The position numbers and the translations under genes are program-made. A stretch of 64,000 nt of DNA from Rhizobiaceae bacterium. GTDB taxonomy: Bacteria > Pseudomonadota > Alphaproteobacteria > Rhizobiales > Rhizobiaceae. Shown here one piece after another: positions 29,737-39,819 of the stretch. The notes beneath the pieces were generated by a model. The model ran no database searches, was not told where the DNA came from, and saw only the letters and a list, made by a program, of their open reading frames with translations. How positions within the stretch are numbered: position 1 is the first letter of the stretch; every line of letters starts with the position of its first letter. The stretch is taken from NCBI GenBank assembly GCA_028279875.1, contig JANQMU010000125.1, forward strand, positions 15,501-79,500. Direction: 5' to 3'.

Positions 29737-30845
29737 GCCCGCACCAATGGCCGGTACACCCGTTCATAGTGCTGGACGCCGACGACCTGCCAGTCCGCAA
29801 CCTTCACCGCTTCACGCGCTTTGCCACACAATATCTCTGCGCGGTCCGGCAAGGAAAGGATGTTCCGGGCCTGCCGCGAAAACGCAGGCACATCTTCAGA
29901 GGGCACCAATCCACCGGTTACCCGCGATTCGATCAGATCCCGCGCCATCCCGACATCGGACGACACGACCGGTACACCGCTTGCCATCGACTCCATCAGT
30001 CCCATCGGCCCCCCCTCCTCGCGCGAGGTCACCAGATAGAGGTCGAGCGCATGGTAGCAGCGCGCGAGTTCCGCGTGACTGTCGGCGTAGACATGGGTGA
30101 ACGGCACGCCCATGTCATCCAGACCCTTTTTGACAAAACCTCGGGCCGGGCCGGTCAGGAACACATGCACAGGGAGGTCGCGCTTGAGATCGGCAATCAC
30201 TTTCAGGAAAATATCGGGCCCCTTGATCCGCTTCGGTTCCATGCCGTCGCCCCAGCCAACCCCGTCCTTCTGGAAGGATCCGACCACCACGGCATCAGGC
30301 GACAGGCCATGGGCGGAGCGGGCCGCGACGCGCTCCGCGTCGCCCGGCGGGCGAAACAATGTCGTGTCGACGCCGATCGGAATTCGCGCGATCTTGTCCC
30401 GCGGCACGCCCCATGCGATGAGACGGTCCTCCACCAGCGAAGCCGCAGTGACAATTTTCGCAAGGCGGGGCACACTGGCGAGAAACCGGTCGATGTGGCG
30501 GGACACGGCATCGCCGTCTTCCCGCTTGCCGTGAAAAAACGACGTCACGGCACGATTGCTTCCGGAGATATGCGGCTCCCATGCCAGCCACATATATTGC
30601 GAGCCGTAATGCACTACTTTGCCGACATGGCGATAGGGGTCAGTGGTCGTCGCGACCAGGCCCGGCGCCATCGGTTCGATGACGTCGCGGACGTTTTCCC
30701 CCACCCATCGGATGGCCCAGTCGGCCTTTTCGATGACGAACTGGACAGGGCGCTCATCGCCGGCCAGCAATCCTGCACCGGCGGCGAGCCGCCAGGGAAG
30801 CGAACGGGCCGCATGGCGGACATAGCGGAACCGGTCGGCGATCAT
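29733..30845 (-). CDS. Glycosyltransferase family 4
   Basis: IPIGVD..F, KGPD, SREEGGP..LMESMASGVPVV. Confidence 0.88.
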   Translation of the reverse strand: MIADRFRYVRHAARSLPWRLAAGAGLLAGDERPVQFVIEKADWAIRWVGENVRDVIEPMAPGLVATTTDPYRHVGKVVHYGSQYMWLAWEPHISGSNRAVTSFFHGKREDGDAVSRHIDRFLASVPRLAKIVTAASLVEDRLIAWGVPRDKIARIPIGVDTTLFRPPGDAERVAARSAHGLSPDAVVVGSFQKDGVGWGDGMEPKRIKGPDIFLKVIADLKRDLPVHVFLTGPARGFVKKGLDDMGVPFTHVYADSHAELARCYHALDLYLVTSREEGGPMGLMESMASGVPVVSSDVGMARDLIESRVTGGLVPSEDVPAFSRQARNILSLPDRAEILCGKAREAVKVADWQVVGVQHYERVYRPLVRA

Positions 30846-31843
30846 GCCAGCGGCGCCTCGGCTTGTCCGGTCTTCAGGCGATCGAGTTCGGCGCGAACCA
30901 TCTTCCCGGCAACGTCCGGCATGTGGGTCTTGGCCGTCCAGCCGAGCACATTGCGCGCGCGCTGTGCATCGCCAAGCCCGGCGCGTATTTCGGCGGGCCG
31001 GTACAGGGCCTTGTCCTGCGTGACGAATTCGCGCCAGTCGAGCCCGACCTCGTCATAGGCGGCGGCAACAAAGTCTTCCAGGCTGCAGGCCCGTCCGGTG
31101 GCGATGACGAAATCCTCCGGATCACCGTGCTGCAGCATCAACCACATCGCCTCGACATATTCAGGCGCCCAGCCCCAGTCGCGGCGGACGCTCAGGTCGC
31201 CGAGCACAAGCGGCTCTTTCTCTCCGATCGCCGACCGGGCCACCGATGCGGCGATCTTGCGAGTGACGAAACGCGGGTGGCGCAGCGGCGATTCATGGTT
31301 GAACAACAGGCCCGAACAGGCGAACAGATCATAGCTCTGCCGATAAGTCGCCACCGACCAGTAGGCCGTTGCCTTGGCGACGGCATAGGGGCTTTTCGGC
31401 TGAAACAATGTGCTTTCGTTCGCGCCGGTTTCACCGGTTTCCCCGAAGCACTCACTGGAGGCGGCATTGTAAAACCGCACCGGGCAATCCAGGAAGCGGA
31501 CCGCTTCCAGAATGTTGAGCGTGCCGGTCGCAATGCTCTCCAGGGTCTCGACGGGCTGTTGAAACGACAGGCCGACCGAACTTTGACCAGATAGATTGTA
31601 GATTTCGTCCGGCGCAACGCGGGAAATGGTCTGAACGACACTGCGAAAATCGTTCGGGGCCGTGGAATGGACCGACACCTGGTCGCGTACGCCAAGGGCG
31701 CGCAGGCCGGAAAACGACGCGGTTTCGGCATCCCGCGAGGTGCCGTGAACATCGTATCCCCTGTCGAGCAGAAAGGCGCTCAGATAGGCGCCGTCCTGGC
31801 CGGAGACGCCGAAAATCAGAGCGGTTTTGGTCGATGTCACCAT
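30842..31843 (-). CDS. gmd: GDP-mannose 4,6-dehydratase
   Basis: GVSGQDGAYL, QSSV..SF..P, SSECFG, SPYAVAK, FNHESPLR, RDWGWA. Confidence 0.9.
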   Translation of the reverse strand: MVTSTKTALIFGVSGQDGAYLSAFLLDRGYDVHGTSRDAETASFSGLRALGVRDQVSVHSTAPNDFRSVVQTISRVAPDEIYNLSGQSSVGLSFQQPVETLESIATGTLNILEAVRFLDCPVRFYNAASSECFGETGETGANESTLFQPKSPYAVAKATAYWSVATYRQSYDLFACSGLLFNHESPLRHPRFVTRKIAASVARSAIGEKEPLVLGDLSVRRDWGWAPEYVEAMWLMLQHGDPEDFVIATGRACSLEDFVAAAYDEVGLDWREFVTQDKALYRPAEIRAGLGDAQRARNVLGWTAKTHMPDVAGKMVRAELDRLKTGQAEAPLA

Positions 31844-32024
31844 GATGTTATCGGACCTTTTGGATGGCCGGGCCGCGGACCACATGGCAGGCCGGGCAAA
31901 CTGGCAGCCAGCGATCCAGACGCAAAGATGCGACCAGCAGGGATTGATCCGGCCGCGGCCAGTGCTTGCCGGGCGACGCCGTGAAAGTGATTTCAGACAT
32001 GGTCATCACCGGCCCGTGCAGGCC

Positions 32025-33044
32025 TCAAACCGGTATCTGATTGCGTAGGAAAAGGTAAGGTCCTTGAAAAATCCGGCGCTGCGCGACAATGTCCTCGCGT
32101 CGCGATATCAGGTCGTCAAACAACGCCGCGTAGTTCGAACACATGGACTGCGCAGTGCGCGCGTATCCGGAGATATTTGCCGACGCCTGCTCATAGTTTT
32201 CGATGATTCTGGACAGGGCTCCAACAAATTCGTCGAGCCCGTTGAAAGGCTCGCCAAATCCGTCGCAATATTCGGGCAGGGCGCCACTTCTGCGATAAAG
32301 CAGGGGCAGGCCGCAGCTCGCGCCCTCGATGTGGTGCATGCCAGCAGGCTCATTGATGCTCGCCGTCAGATAGACATGATGTGCCCGCAATTCGTTCGCC
32401 AGAGCCACGCCCTGCATCGGCTCCAAATGCTTGGCATTCTTGAACCGAAACCCTGAGGGTGAATTTCCGATATAGGTGAAGTCCAACCGGTCTTTCCACG
32501 TCTCCTGAGCCAGCATGTCGTCAAGCTGTTGGTAGACATCGAAGCCCTTCATCCAGTTTCCGCCCCAATGGTGGGTTACCAAACGCAGTGGTTCGCTGCC
32601 GGTCCACGTCGCATGGCCTTCTGGATGAAAAACGGATGTGTCCGCACCGTTCAAGACGACCGAATGAGGCCCACCGCGCCAAACTGCAAGGTCCTTCAGC
32701 CATGAGGCAATGAACACTGTGTGGTCGGCACAGTAATTCGCGCGGCGCAGGCGATCGTTCATGGTTCGCGTGTTCTTGCGCTCGTCACATTCGTTGATCC
32801 TGTGAACCACGACTGCATTGGGGTTTTTGAAGACAAGATAACGAAGAACGGCGCCCGCTCCGAACGATATGGTCGGTGCCCTGGAACGCGGGTCGGTCAG
32901 GAGAATGATGTCGATGTCGTCGTCATCGAGGTTGAAGACAACCGTGTGTCCGCGGGCGATCATATGATCGGACAGGCTTGTGGCGAAGTTGTTGCCACCG
33001 CCCCATGGTCCATCCTGCAATCTGTAGCCGATAGAGAGTTTCAT
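32025..33044 (-). CDS. Putative glycosyltransferase (GT4-like)
   Basis: GPWGGG, HRI, NGAD..F, KGFD, EPAGMHHIEGASCGLP. Confidence 0.78.
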   Translation of the reverse strand: MKLSIGYRLQDGPWGGGNNFATSLSDHMIARGHTVVFNLDDDDIDIILLTDPRSRAPTISFGAGAVLRYLVFKNPNAVVVHRINECDERKNTRTMNDRLRRANYCADHTVFIASWLKDLAVWRGGPHSVVLNGADTSVFHPEGHATWTGSEPLRLVTHHWGGNWMKGFDVYQQLDDMLAQETWKDRLDFTYIGNSPSGFRFKNAKHLEPMQGVALANELRAHHVYLTASINEPAGMHHIEGASCGLPLLYRRSGALPEYCDGFGEPFNGLDEFVGALSRIIENYEQASANISGYARTAQSMCSNYAALFDDLISRREDIVAQRRIFQGPYLFLRNQIPV

Positions 33045-33697
33045 GATTGGTCCGCTTCAGGGACGAAAAAATTGTCAAGCACGATGAAATGCCAATAGTT
33101 GCGCTCGATCAATCGAAAATGCCGAATGTTCCGCCAGCCCAGGGCACGGACATCGTCAAGGATACGCCGCAGAGGATAGTTCTTTTTGCCGATCTCCCAA
33201 TAATGCTGCCCATGATCTTCGAAGCTATGTGTTTTGGGAAACATTGAGGGCAGGCTGATCCCGTTCCACAACCATGGCAGAAACCGGCGCGAGGCGGGCG
33301 GGCGGGCACGAAGATAGATAAAAGGCCGTACATCCGGCAGCGATATGACAACACGTTTTCTGGTCACCCGCTTAAGCTCACGCAGCGCGGTCGGAAAATC
33401 CTCGTAAGGCAGGTGCTCGAGCACCTGACAACAGAACGCGGCGTCGAACTGCCCATCCTCCAACGGCAAATTCCGGACATCAGCACACAAGTCCGGACTG
33501 AGTTCATTGTCGATATCGACACCGAAATAGGTGCAATCCGGAAATGTTGCCGTTACCATGGACGCCTTGACGCCCGGCCCGACTCCGATTTCAAGCACGG
33601 AGCGGGGGGAAATATCGGCGATTGCCGTTATTTGATGCACAAATGATATCCATCGCTCGTGCGACAGATATCCCGGGCCATAATCCGGTTCGCTCAC
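33041..33697 (-). CDS. Class I SAM-dependent methyltransferase
   Basis: VLEIGVGPG, DVRNLP, CQVLEHLP; GTG start overlapping upstream TGA. Confidence 0.85.
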   Translation of the reverse strand: MSEPDYGPGYLSHERWISFVHQITAIADISPRSVLEIGVGPGVKASMVTATFPDCTYFGVDIDNELSPDLCADVRNLPLEDGQFDAAFCCQVLEHLPYEDFPTALRELKRVTRKRVVISLPDVRPFIYLRARPPASRRFLPWLWNGISLPSMFPKTHSFEDHGQHYWEIGKKNYPLRRILDDVRALGWRNIRHFRLIERNYWHFIVLDNFFVPEADQS

Positions 33698-34824
33698 GGT
33701 GTGATATCCGCCGCGTGCGTTTTGAGGCACAATTTTTTCATGGCCTCCGTCATGATGTCCATATTGAAATGCTTCTCCACGGTATGCCTGGCTGCCTGGC
33801 CAATCGCCTGAGCGCGACCGGGGTTATCGAGCAAAGATTGGACGGCACTGCGCAGCGCCGCTGTATCCCCCGGCGGCACGAGAACGCAGTTTTCCCCGTC
33901 ACGCATGAGGTTGCGATCCCAAAGGCCTGCAATGTCAGACAGGACCACGGCCTTGCCGCACGCCATGGCCTGCAGACACGCGCTTTGTCCTGACGGCTGC
34001 ATTGTGTCGCGAACGGGGATCACGACGAGGCGGCTGCCCTGCACCATCTTGCGCAGATCGGCATCACTGAGGCGCTGTGTTCTCCAATCCCCCGCAACGA
34101 CTTCAATGTTCTTCAAGGGATGCGCTGGGACGGCGAGCCTGGTGACGATCGTCAGCCGCGGGAACCCGGCGGTCCACGCCTCCACCAGCGTTTCGTAGTC
34201 GCGATGCGGGTCGTTGCCGACACTGAGCACATCGCCTTCAACATCATCCGGACGGCCCGGCGTCCAGAACCGGTGATCGACACCGAACGGCACGTAATGC
34301 GTTTCAACACCGGGGAACAGGGCCGCGAGGTGCTCTCGTTCGGCGCGCGAGATAACCGCCAGCGTCACATGCGGCAGGATGCGGGAATAGATCCACCGCA
34401 CCAGCGGGTTTGGTCTTTCGCCGATCAGGCCCATGGCAAGAAAGATCACATCCGGACCCAGCCGGCCCCGCGCTTTCAGATAAGCCAGTGCCAGTCCGTA
34501 GCTGTTGTTCACCGCCACAACCGACCGCGCGGGCGAAAGAAGGTCCAGTCTTTCTGCGAAATTGTGAATAGCCCGGGCGTGGATACCAAATATGGCGGTG
34601 CTTGCCAGTGACAGCGCCGTCCAGACAGGGCCCATGGGCTCGCCCAGACCAAAGGCGCCGTCATCGATCATGTCGACGGACAGTCCGGATTTCTGCAACT
34701 CAATATAGCCATAGAAGAACTCGGTCGGCCCTTCAGCATCAGCGGCCAAACGTTCTCGGCGACCGGCTTTGAAGAGGAAAGCAGTGTCAGGCATCCACGG
34801 GAACACAACCTGCAATCTTTTCAC
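33694..34824 (-). CDS. Glycosyltransferase family 4
   Basis: PFGVD..FW, RDY.TL, SGQSACLQAMACGKAVV. Confidence 0.85.
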   Translation of the reverse strand: MKRLQVVFPWMPDTAFLFKAGRRERLAADAEGPTEFFYGYIELQKSGLSVDMIDDGAFGLGEPMGPVWTALSLASTAIFGIHARAIHNFAERLDLLSPARSVVAVNNSYGLALAYLKARGRLGPDVIFLAMGLIGERPNPLVRWIYSRILPHVTLAVISRAEREHLAALFPGVETHYVPFGVDHRFWTPGRPDDVEGDVLSVGNDPHRDYETLVEAWTAGFPRLTIVTRLAVPAHPLKNIEVVAGDWRTQRLSDADLRKMVQGSRLVVIPVRDTMQPSGQSACLQAMACGKAVVLSDIAGLWDRNLMRDGENCVLVPPGDTAALRSAVQSLLDNPGRAQAIGQAARHTVEKHFNMDIMTEAMKKLCLKTHAADITP

Positions 34825-36163
34825 AGAATTCTGTCAGCCTTTCGCCATAGGGGCGATCGAACGGCGTGACGAAATGGCTGCAGGCCTCAGCCAGGCGGGC
34901 GGAATAGGCGTCATCGCCGACCCGGCTTAAGAGTGCCGCAACACCGGGGATGAGTTCTGGCAGCCCGCGCGCGGTCGGGAATTCCGGACTGTTGAACATA
35001 TCCTCGAAATGCTTAAGCGGCAGAACGAGTTGAAGGTGGCGCGCCTCTGTTTCCTCGACCGGGAGAAAACACAGGGTCGGCTTTCCATGCAGGGCGCCCT
35101 CGAGAATGATGGTCGAAAGCGGCGAGACCAAAGCGTCGATCGATGACAGCACATCGTGGGTATCGCGATAATCCGGCAGGCTCATCGCCTTGTTTCCGTC
35201 CCGCACGCCTTCAAGATAAGCCCGCATCGTTGTCTCGATGCGGATGTGCCGCCACTGCCGCTCAATGATCCGGCCGCCATTCTTGCCGCCGTTCCCCCAG
35301 GGATGCGGCCGATAGACCACGACCAGATTCGTCAGCCTTGCTTGGTCGATAGCCTCTTCCAATGCCTCGAGATGACTGTATTCATCGGTTTCCTTGCTGG
35401 AGCCGGCATAAAGCAGGATTTTCCTGGCGGGATCGATCTGGTGACGGACGCAGAACTCATCGCGATCGATGCGCGGCGGTTGCCGATAGACATCGAACTG
35501 GGCTGCGCCGAACTCGATGACCCGGTCGGCGCGCATTCCGACAAAATCGATCGCATGCTGTTTGGTCTGCGGGCCCCAGACTAGCAGCCAGTCGGGGTTT
35601 CCAACCACTGCGTTTTTCGTGCTCGGATTATCCCAGGAGTTCATAATGACCATGAGCGGAATGTCACAAGATTGGGAGGTTTCCACCAAATCGTTGATGT
35701 ACTCACCTTCGAGTGTACTTGGGTGAATCAACACATCTGGTTGATGTTCTTCAATCAACACCTCAAGTGAGCGATAAGGTTGTGCGGTGATTGTTGCGAT
35801 GACACGGTGTCGGTGCCACTGATACACGCCGGGTAAGCTGATCAGTGTGTAAAGAAGCGCCGCCTTCCAGCCCAGAACCCTGCGGTAAAATCGACGCATA
35901 ACAGCCTGTTGGTGACCAGGTCTCCATCGAAGCATGTTGATCTGAAACAGTTGTTTCCATAATTTACGACGCCGATAATCGACCGTCAGCCTCATAAATG
36001 GCGCAGCCAGTCCAAGTGATGCGATATCGGTTGTTACCCGTCGATTCCCGGCTTCGGGAAACACAAACAGGACATCGTGCTTGGCGATTATCGAACCGAA
36101 TGCATCGCTTTTGATGAAATGTCGAATAATAATATCATGTTCAATAAATATAATGACTTTCAT
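34787..36163 (-). CDS. GT-B fold protein, CDP-glycerol phosphotransferase/capsule-synthesis-like
   Basis: SWDNPSTK, VWGP, G..QFD.Y, YRPHP, STIILE...GKP. Confidence 0.6.
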   Translation of the reverse strand: MKVIIFIEHDIIIRHFIKSDAFGSIIAKHDVLFVFPEAGNRRVTTDIASLGLAAPFMRLTVDYRRRKLWKQLFQINMLRWRPGHQQAVMRRFYRRVLGWKAALLYTLISLPGVYQWHRHRVIATITAQPYRSLEVLIEEHQPDVLIHPSTLEGEYINDLVETSQSCDIPLMVIMNSWDNPSTKNAVVGNPDWLLVWGPQTKQHAIDFVGMRADRVIEFGAAQFDVYRQPPRIDRDEFCVRHQIDPARKILLYAGSSKETDEYSHLEALEEAIDQARLTNLVVVYRPHPWGNGGKNGGRIIERQWRHIRIETTMRAYLEGVRDGNKAMSLPDYRDTHDVLSSIDALVSPLSTIILEGALHGKPTLCFLPVEETEARHLQLVLPLKHFEDMFNSPEFPTARGLPELIPGVAALLSRVGDDAYSARLAEACSHFVTPFDRPYGERLTEFCEKIAGCVPVDA

Positions 36164-36366
36164 GATAATATTTATTTTTTACAAGAAAACATCAAAAGAA
36201 ATTTTACTTTTATTGTCTAAATAAAAACTCGCATGCCAAGCAGAATTTTCTTATTCGATTTCCCAAATAATGTTGGATAAAACAGGAGGTTTCGCGGATC
36301 ACTGCACGTCCGCGCTGCTGATCCTAAAATGCGATTTTGCTTGAAACACGACATTTGGTAGAGGGC

Positions 36367-37110
36367 TCAGTGGCCTTCCCAGAATTCGCGCGCCTTGATC
36401 AAATCGGCCTCGGTACCAAATTCAAGCAGCGCACTCACCTCGCTGACCGATGTTGGCTCTTCCACGATGTACCGTGACACGACGTCGGTGGTAATATCGC
36501 TTAGCGTGCCCGCCCGGGCCAGCGAATAGGTGATCTCCTTCAATAGCAAGGTGTTGGAAAACACAAAAAACCCGATTACCCCATTGTCAATCCTGTCAAC
36601 GGTTTGCGGCTCATCAAGCACGTTTATCTGCTTCACGATTCCGTCCTTGGCGTCAATCGAGTGGCGAAAGCTCCCTACCACACCCTTTGTTTCGCGTGTG
36701 GCCACATATAGCGAATCCCCGGTGATGGTGGGATTGCTGAGCAAAATCAGATCGCAAAAAGATACGATGGTGCCATATCGGCTGTCGATATTGTCGAGTG
36801 CATACAATAACGACGTCGCATTGTTGCGAAGGTCTCCCACGGATTCCCTGGAAAAGCGAATATTCTGATTCTGATAACGCCCGTGGATGTAGCTCTCCAG
36901 GAGATCCGCGTGCCAGCCCGTGCCAACCACCAGTCTGTGCGAAACCAACAAAAACCTGTTTATGAGCAAATCGATGGCACGATCGGAGCCCATCTTGGAC
37001 AGTGCTTTGGGAATATGTTCCGAGGCGCTGCCCATCCGCGTGCTCAAGCCTCCAGCCAGAATAACGACGTTATAAATCTGACCTTTTTCGCAAATGAACT
37101 GTCCAAGCAT
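36367..37110 (-). CDS. Nucleotidyltransferase (NTP_transferase family)
   Basis: VILAGGLSTRMG....IPKAL, FCD, EFGT..DL. Confidence 0.8.
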   Translation of the reverse strand: MLGQFICEKGQIYNVVILAGGLSTRMGSASEHIPKALSKMGSDRAIDLLINRFLLVSHRLVVGTGWHADLLESYIHGRYQNQNIRFSRESVGDLRNNATSLLYALDNIDSRYGTIVSFCDLILLSNPTITGDSLYVATRETKGVVGSFRHSIDAKDGIVKQINVLDEPQTVDRIDNGVIGFFVFSNTLLLKEITYSLARAGTLSDITTDVVSRYIVEEPTSVSEVSALLEFGTEADLIKAREFWEGH

Positions 37111-37138
37111 ATTGATTCCTTCCGGCGAACGAAATTCG

Positions 37139-38854
37139 CTAATCTAGCAACTCGGAGTGTTTTTCGAGAAACCTGGATGATACCAAGCCTGTCGATCTGT
37201 AACCGACTTGGTAGGGAGAGTATATTTCATGAAACCGCTGCTGCATTTCGACTGATTCGCGAGTCTCCTCGTGGGTGCCATCGAGGCGCTGCATCAACTC
37301 CGTCGTCGCATCTATCAGATCTTCAGGTTCATTGTGTACCAGCTCAAATCGCCCGCGGTCACAGTCGGCGGCAAACGAAAAATGATGGTTGAAATATATC
37401 CATTCCCGAAATGTGAGGTAGCGTCCGCATTCTCGGTCACGAACCAGTTTGGGAACAAAGATGTTGCGTGTCTTTTTGTTGGAGGAATAGATCGTGTTTC
37501 TCACCAGGAACAGGTCCGATACCACGCATGGGCGGTCAAACGCGGCTGCGCCTGAAAACAATCCAGTATCACCCGCCAGAAGAAAGCGGCATCGCGAGAA
37601 TATGTACGCATCAAGAGCGTCGCTTCGACCTTTGTTCGCGTAATCGAATATCAGGGGATTGCGTTCGTCAGGCAAAGCCTCGCTGACACGGAGCCCCATA
37701 CGCAGGACCTGGTATCCGCGGTCTGCCCAATGTTCCGCGGCTTGGATGTAGGACTCGAGCGGAGGACATCTGTGCCGCGTATCTTCCCGCACTCCCGCTG
37801 AAGGACCGGCATTTGCGATCGTGCCATAGAACTTGTAATAGGCCATGTCCCGCAAACCAAAACCAATCAACGGCTTATCCGGATCAACGCCCAAAAGGTC
37901 CAACTGCCGTTCCATGTCTCGCACCATGTTCTCCGGCAGCCGAAGCACAGGTGGGTAGCACAGAAAGTCGTTATTGATCTCGCGGTAATCAGTTGTCAGA
38001 TTCGTATGTCGGTCTACTTGTTGGATGATAGAATATGCGGCCATTCCGACACGTCGCGACACCGGCCCGGTCAGCGGAAGCAGGCGACAATGTTCTTCAT
38101 AAAGCCGAAGCAGGGTTTCGTTGGGGTAACCACCATAATAGAATGCTATGAGAAGTGGTTTACGGCGAGCTCCTGTTTCGTTTTCCAATCGCCTGAGAAC
38201 CGGATCAAGGCGATCCACAATGTCGGCAAGTCGAGTGAATTTTCCCAATGAGGCCACTCGTACGTCACGTGTCGGGTGCGACAGCCGAAAGAAAGCGAGC
38301 ACAATGAGGGCGGTCAGATCAAGGACGCGATAGGTCGCCTTCAGTTTCATAGCGTGCAACAATAGTCGGAGTTTTTTTCGAAATGACTCCCCTCCACTGG
38401 CGAGCAGGAGTTTGCCAATCGGAATCTTCCCGACTGCTCGAAGTGATATTTTATTCAGGATCACGACGGGATCATCGTCTATAACCGTATCGGACAGCAG
38501 CTTGCGCACATTGGCTTTGCCGACAGCCGCCGACCCGAGTGCCTCTCCGAACGTGGCTATCAACTGCAGATTCACGGGAGCTTCAGGCTGGAGATCCAGT
38601 GCCGCACGGACCTCTTGAACTGCCTCTTCTGGACAACCCAGGGCTGCCAGGGTGCAGCTTCGTTCCAGATGCCAACCAAAGCTTCCATTGTGTGTGAATC
38701 GAATTCCGTCCAATACGATCAGGGATCGTTCAGGTCGATTAAGCACCCGTAGGTTTCTGGCCGCCTGCATCAGTTCGTCAGAGTCCGATAAAGATCGTGC
38801 TTTCCGATCCAGCGCAAGCGCCTCGCGCACCTTACCAGTGTCTAATGTTTTCAT
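37139..38854 (-). CDS. TPR-containing TIGR04372-like putative glycosyltransferase
   Basis: N-terminal TPR-like helices (LAALG..EEA....AALDLQP); C-terminal LRD..Y, GYQVLRMG, DYA, CRF..GDTGL..FDRP. Confidence 0.7.
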   Translation of the reverse strand: MKTLDTGKVREALALDRKARSLSDSDELMQAARNLRVLNRPERSLIVLDGIRFTHNGSFGWHLERSCTLAALGCPEEAVQEVRAALDLQPEAPVNLQLIATFGEALGSAAVGKANVRKLLSDTVIDDDPVVILNKISLRAVGKIPIGKLLLASGGESFRKKLRLLLHAMKLKATYRVLDLTALIVLAFFRLSHPTRDVRVASLGKFTRLADIVDRLDPVLRRLENETGARRKPLLIAFYYGGYPNETLLRLYEEHCRLLPLTGPVSRRVGMAAYSIIQQVDRHTNLTTDYREINNDFLCYPPVLRLPENMVRDMERQLDLLGVDPDKPLIGFGLRDMAYYKFYGTIANAGPSAGVREDTRHRCPPLESYIQAAEHWADRGYQVLRMGLRVSEALPDERNPLIFDYANKGRSDALDAYIFSRCRFLLAGDTGLFSGAAAFDRPCVVSDLFLVRNTIYSSNKKTRNIFVPKLVRDRECGRYLTFREWIYFNHHFSFAADCDRGRFELVHNEPEDLIDATTELMQRLDGTHEETRESVEMQQRFHEIYSPYQVGYRSTGLVSSRFLEKHSELLD

Positions 38855-38905
38855 GATTTTGAAATGCCGGTTAGATCCGCACTTGATGCCTTCACCGCAG
38901 ATACT

Positions 38906-39631
38906 TCACTGTACCGTCGACCGCGGTGGTACGCGCAATGGAATAAATACGTCCGACGGCAGCGGGGGCTTGCCACACGGTATTCCAGTCACGCCGTCGA
39001 TGAAGATAATCTTTTCCACGGCCCAATTCATCAGATTCTGATAGTATTGCGTTTCCGAATACTCGGTAATCAAAAACCGTGCCAGAATTTCATTAAAACT
39101 TCGCCTGCTGATATCTTTGTCCATCAACCGCTGGAACCGCACCGCGGGGTCGACGTAAAGGAAAAAGATCTTTTTGAGTCTGTTAACGATGTATGGTGGG
39201 CCGAATATGGCACCTTCATAAAGCACATTTTGTTTAGCGGACAACACCAATTCGGCGCTATGTTTACCAGTGGCTCGATCATATGGTTTGGTTATGTTTA
39301 CGGATTCTCCAGATTGCAGGTCGTCTAGGTCGCTCAGTATAGCCCCCCAGTCCCACCAATTAAACTGGTTAGCCGCGTCTTTGTAGTCCTGAACCGAGCG
39401 CTCCTGCTTGCGATTAAGCAATAATCGTCGATCTTCCGAGTCACCTATAAAGCGGTAGTCAGCTGAATAGACCGCACAATCCAAAGTCTGAGCCAGTTGC
39501 GTGGCAGCGAAAGTCTTGCCGACACCAGCCGAGCCGGTTATGCCATAAGTTGCCGGTCCGTCACGACGCATCGTATTGGCTATGACGTCTAACGACATTC
39601 GTGTGTTGACTGGCTTTGGTGGGCTGACCAT
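38906..39631 (-). CDS. P-loop kinase, uridine kinase/phosphoribulokinase-like
   Basis: GITGSAGVGKT Walker A, YDRATG, LYEG, FLYVDP.VRFQR...D. Confidence 0.72.
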   Translation of the reverse strand: MVSPPKPVNTRMSLDVIANTMRRDGPATYGITGSAGVGKTFAATQLAQTLDCAVYSADYRFIGDSEDRRLLLNRKQERSVQDYKDAANQFNWWDWGAILSDLDDLQSGESVNITKPYDRATGKHSAELVLSAKQNVLYEGAIFGPPYIVNRLKKIFFLYVDPAVRFQRLMDKDISRRSFNEILARFLITEYSETQYYQNLMNWAVEKIIFIDGVTGIPCGKPPLPSDVFIPLRVPPRSTVQ

Positions 39632-39819
39632 CGCCTAGCAAATTTCAAACTGTGTTGAGGAACCTAAACCGCTAACTTGGTGACCGACTCTTCTTACCAC
39701 GGCCATTCGGAAGTAGAACCTCTCACTCGATTCGGTAGTTTCTTTCGATTGCTCTGAATGGACCATGTGGTTTCTTTGCGTTTTTGGGGCGTTTCAGACC
39801 ACCTAAATAGGGGATAGAA

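Noticed and set aside
29574-31058. 494-aa + strand ORF
   Set aside because: Shadow of the GT4 and gmd genes.
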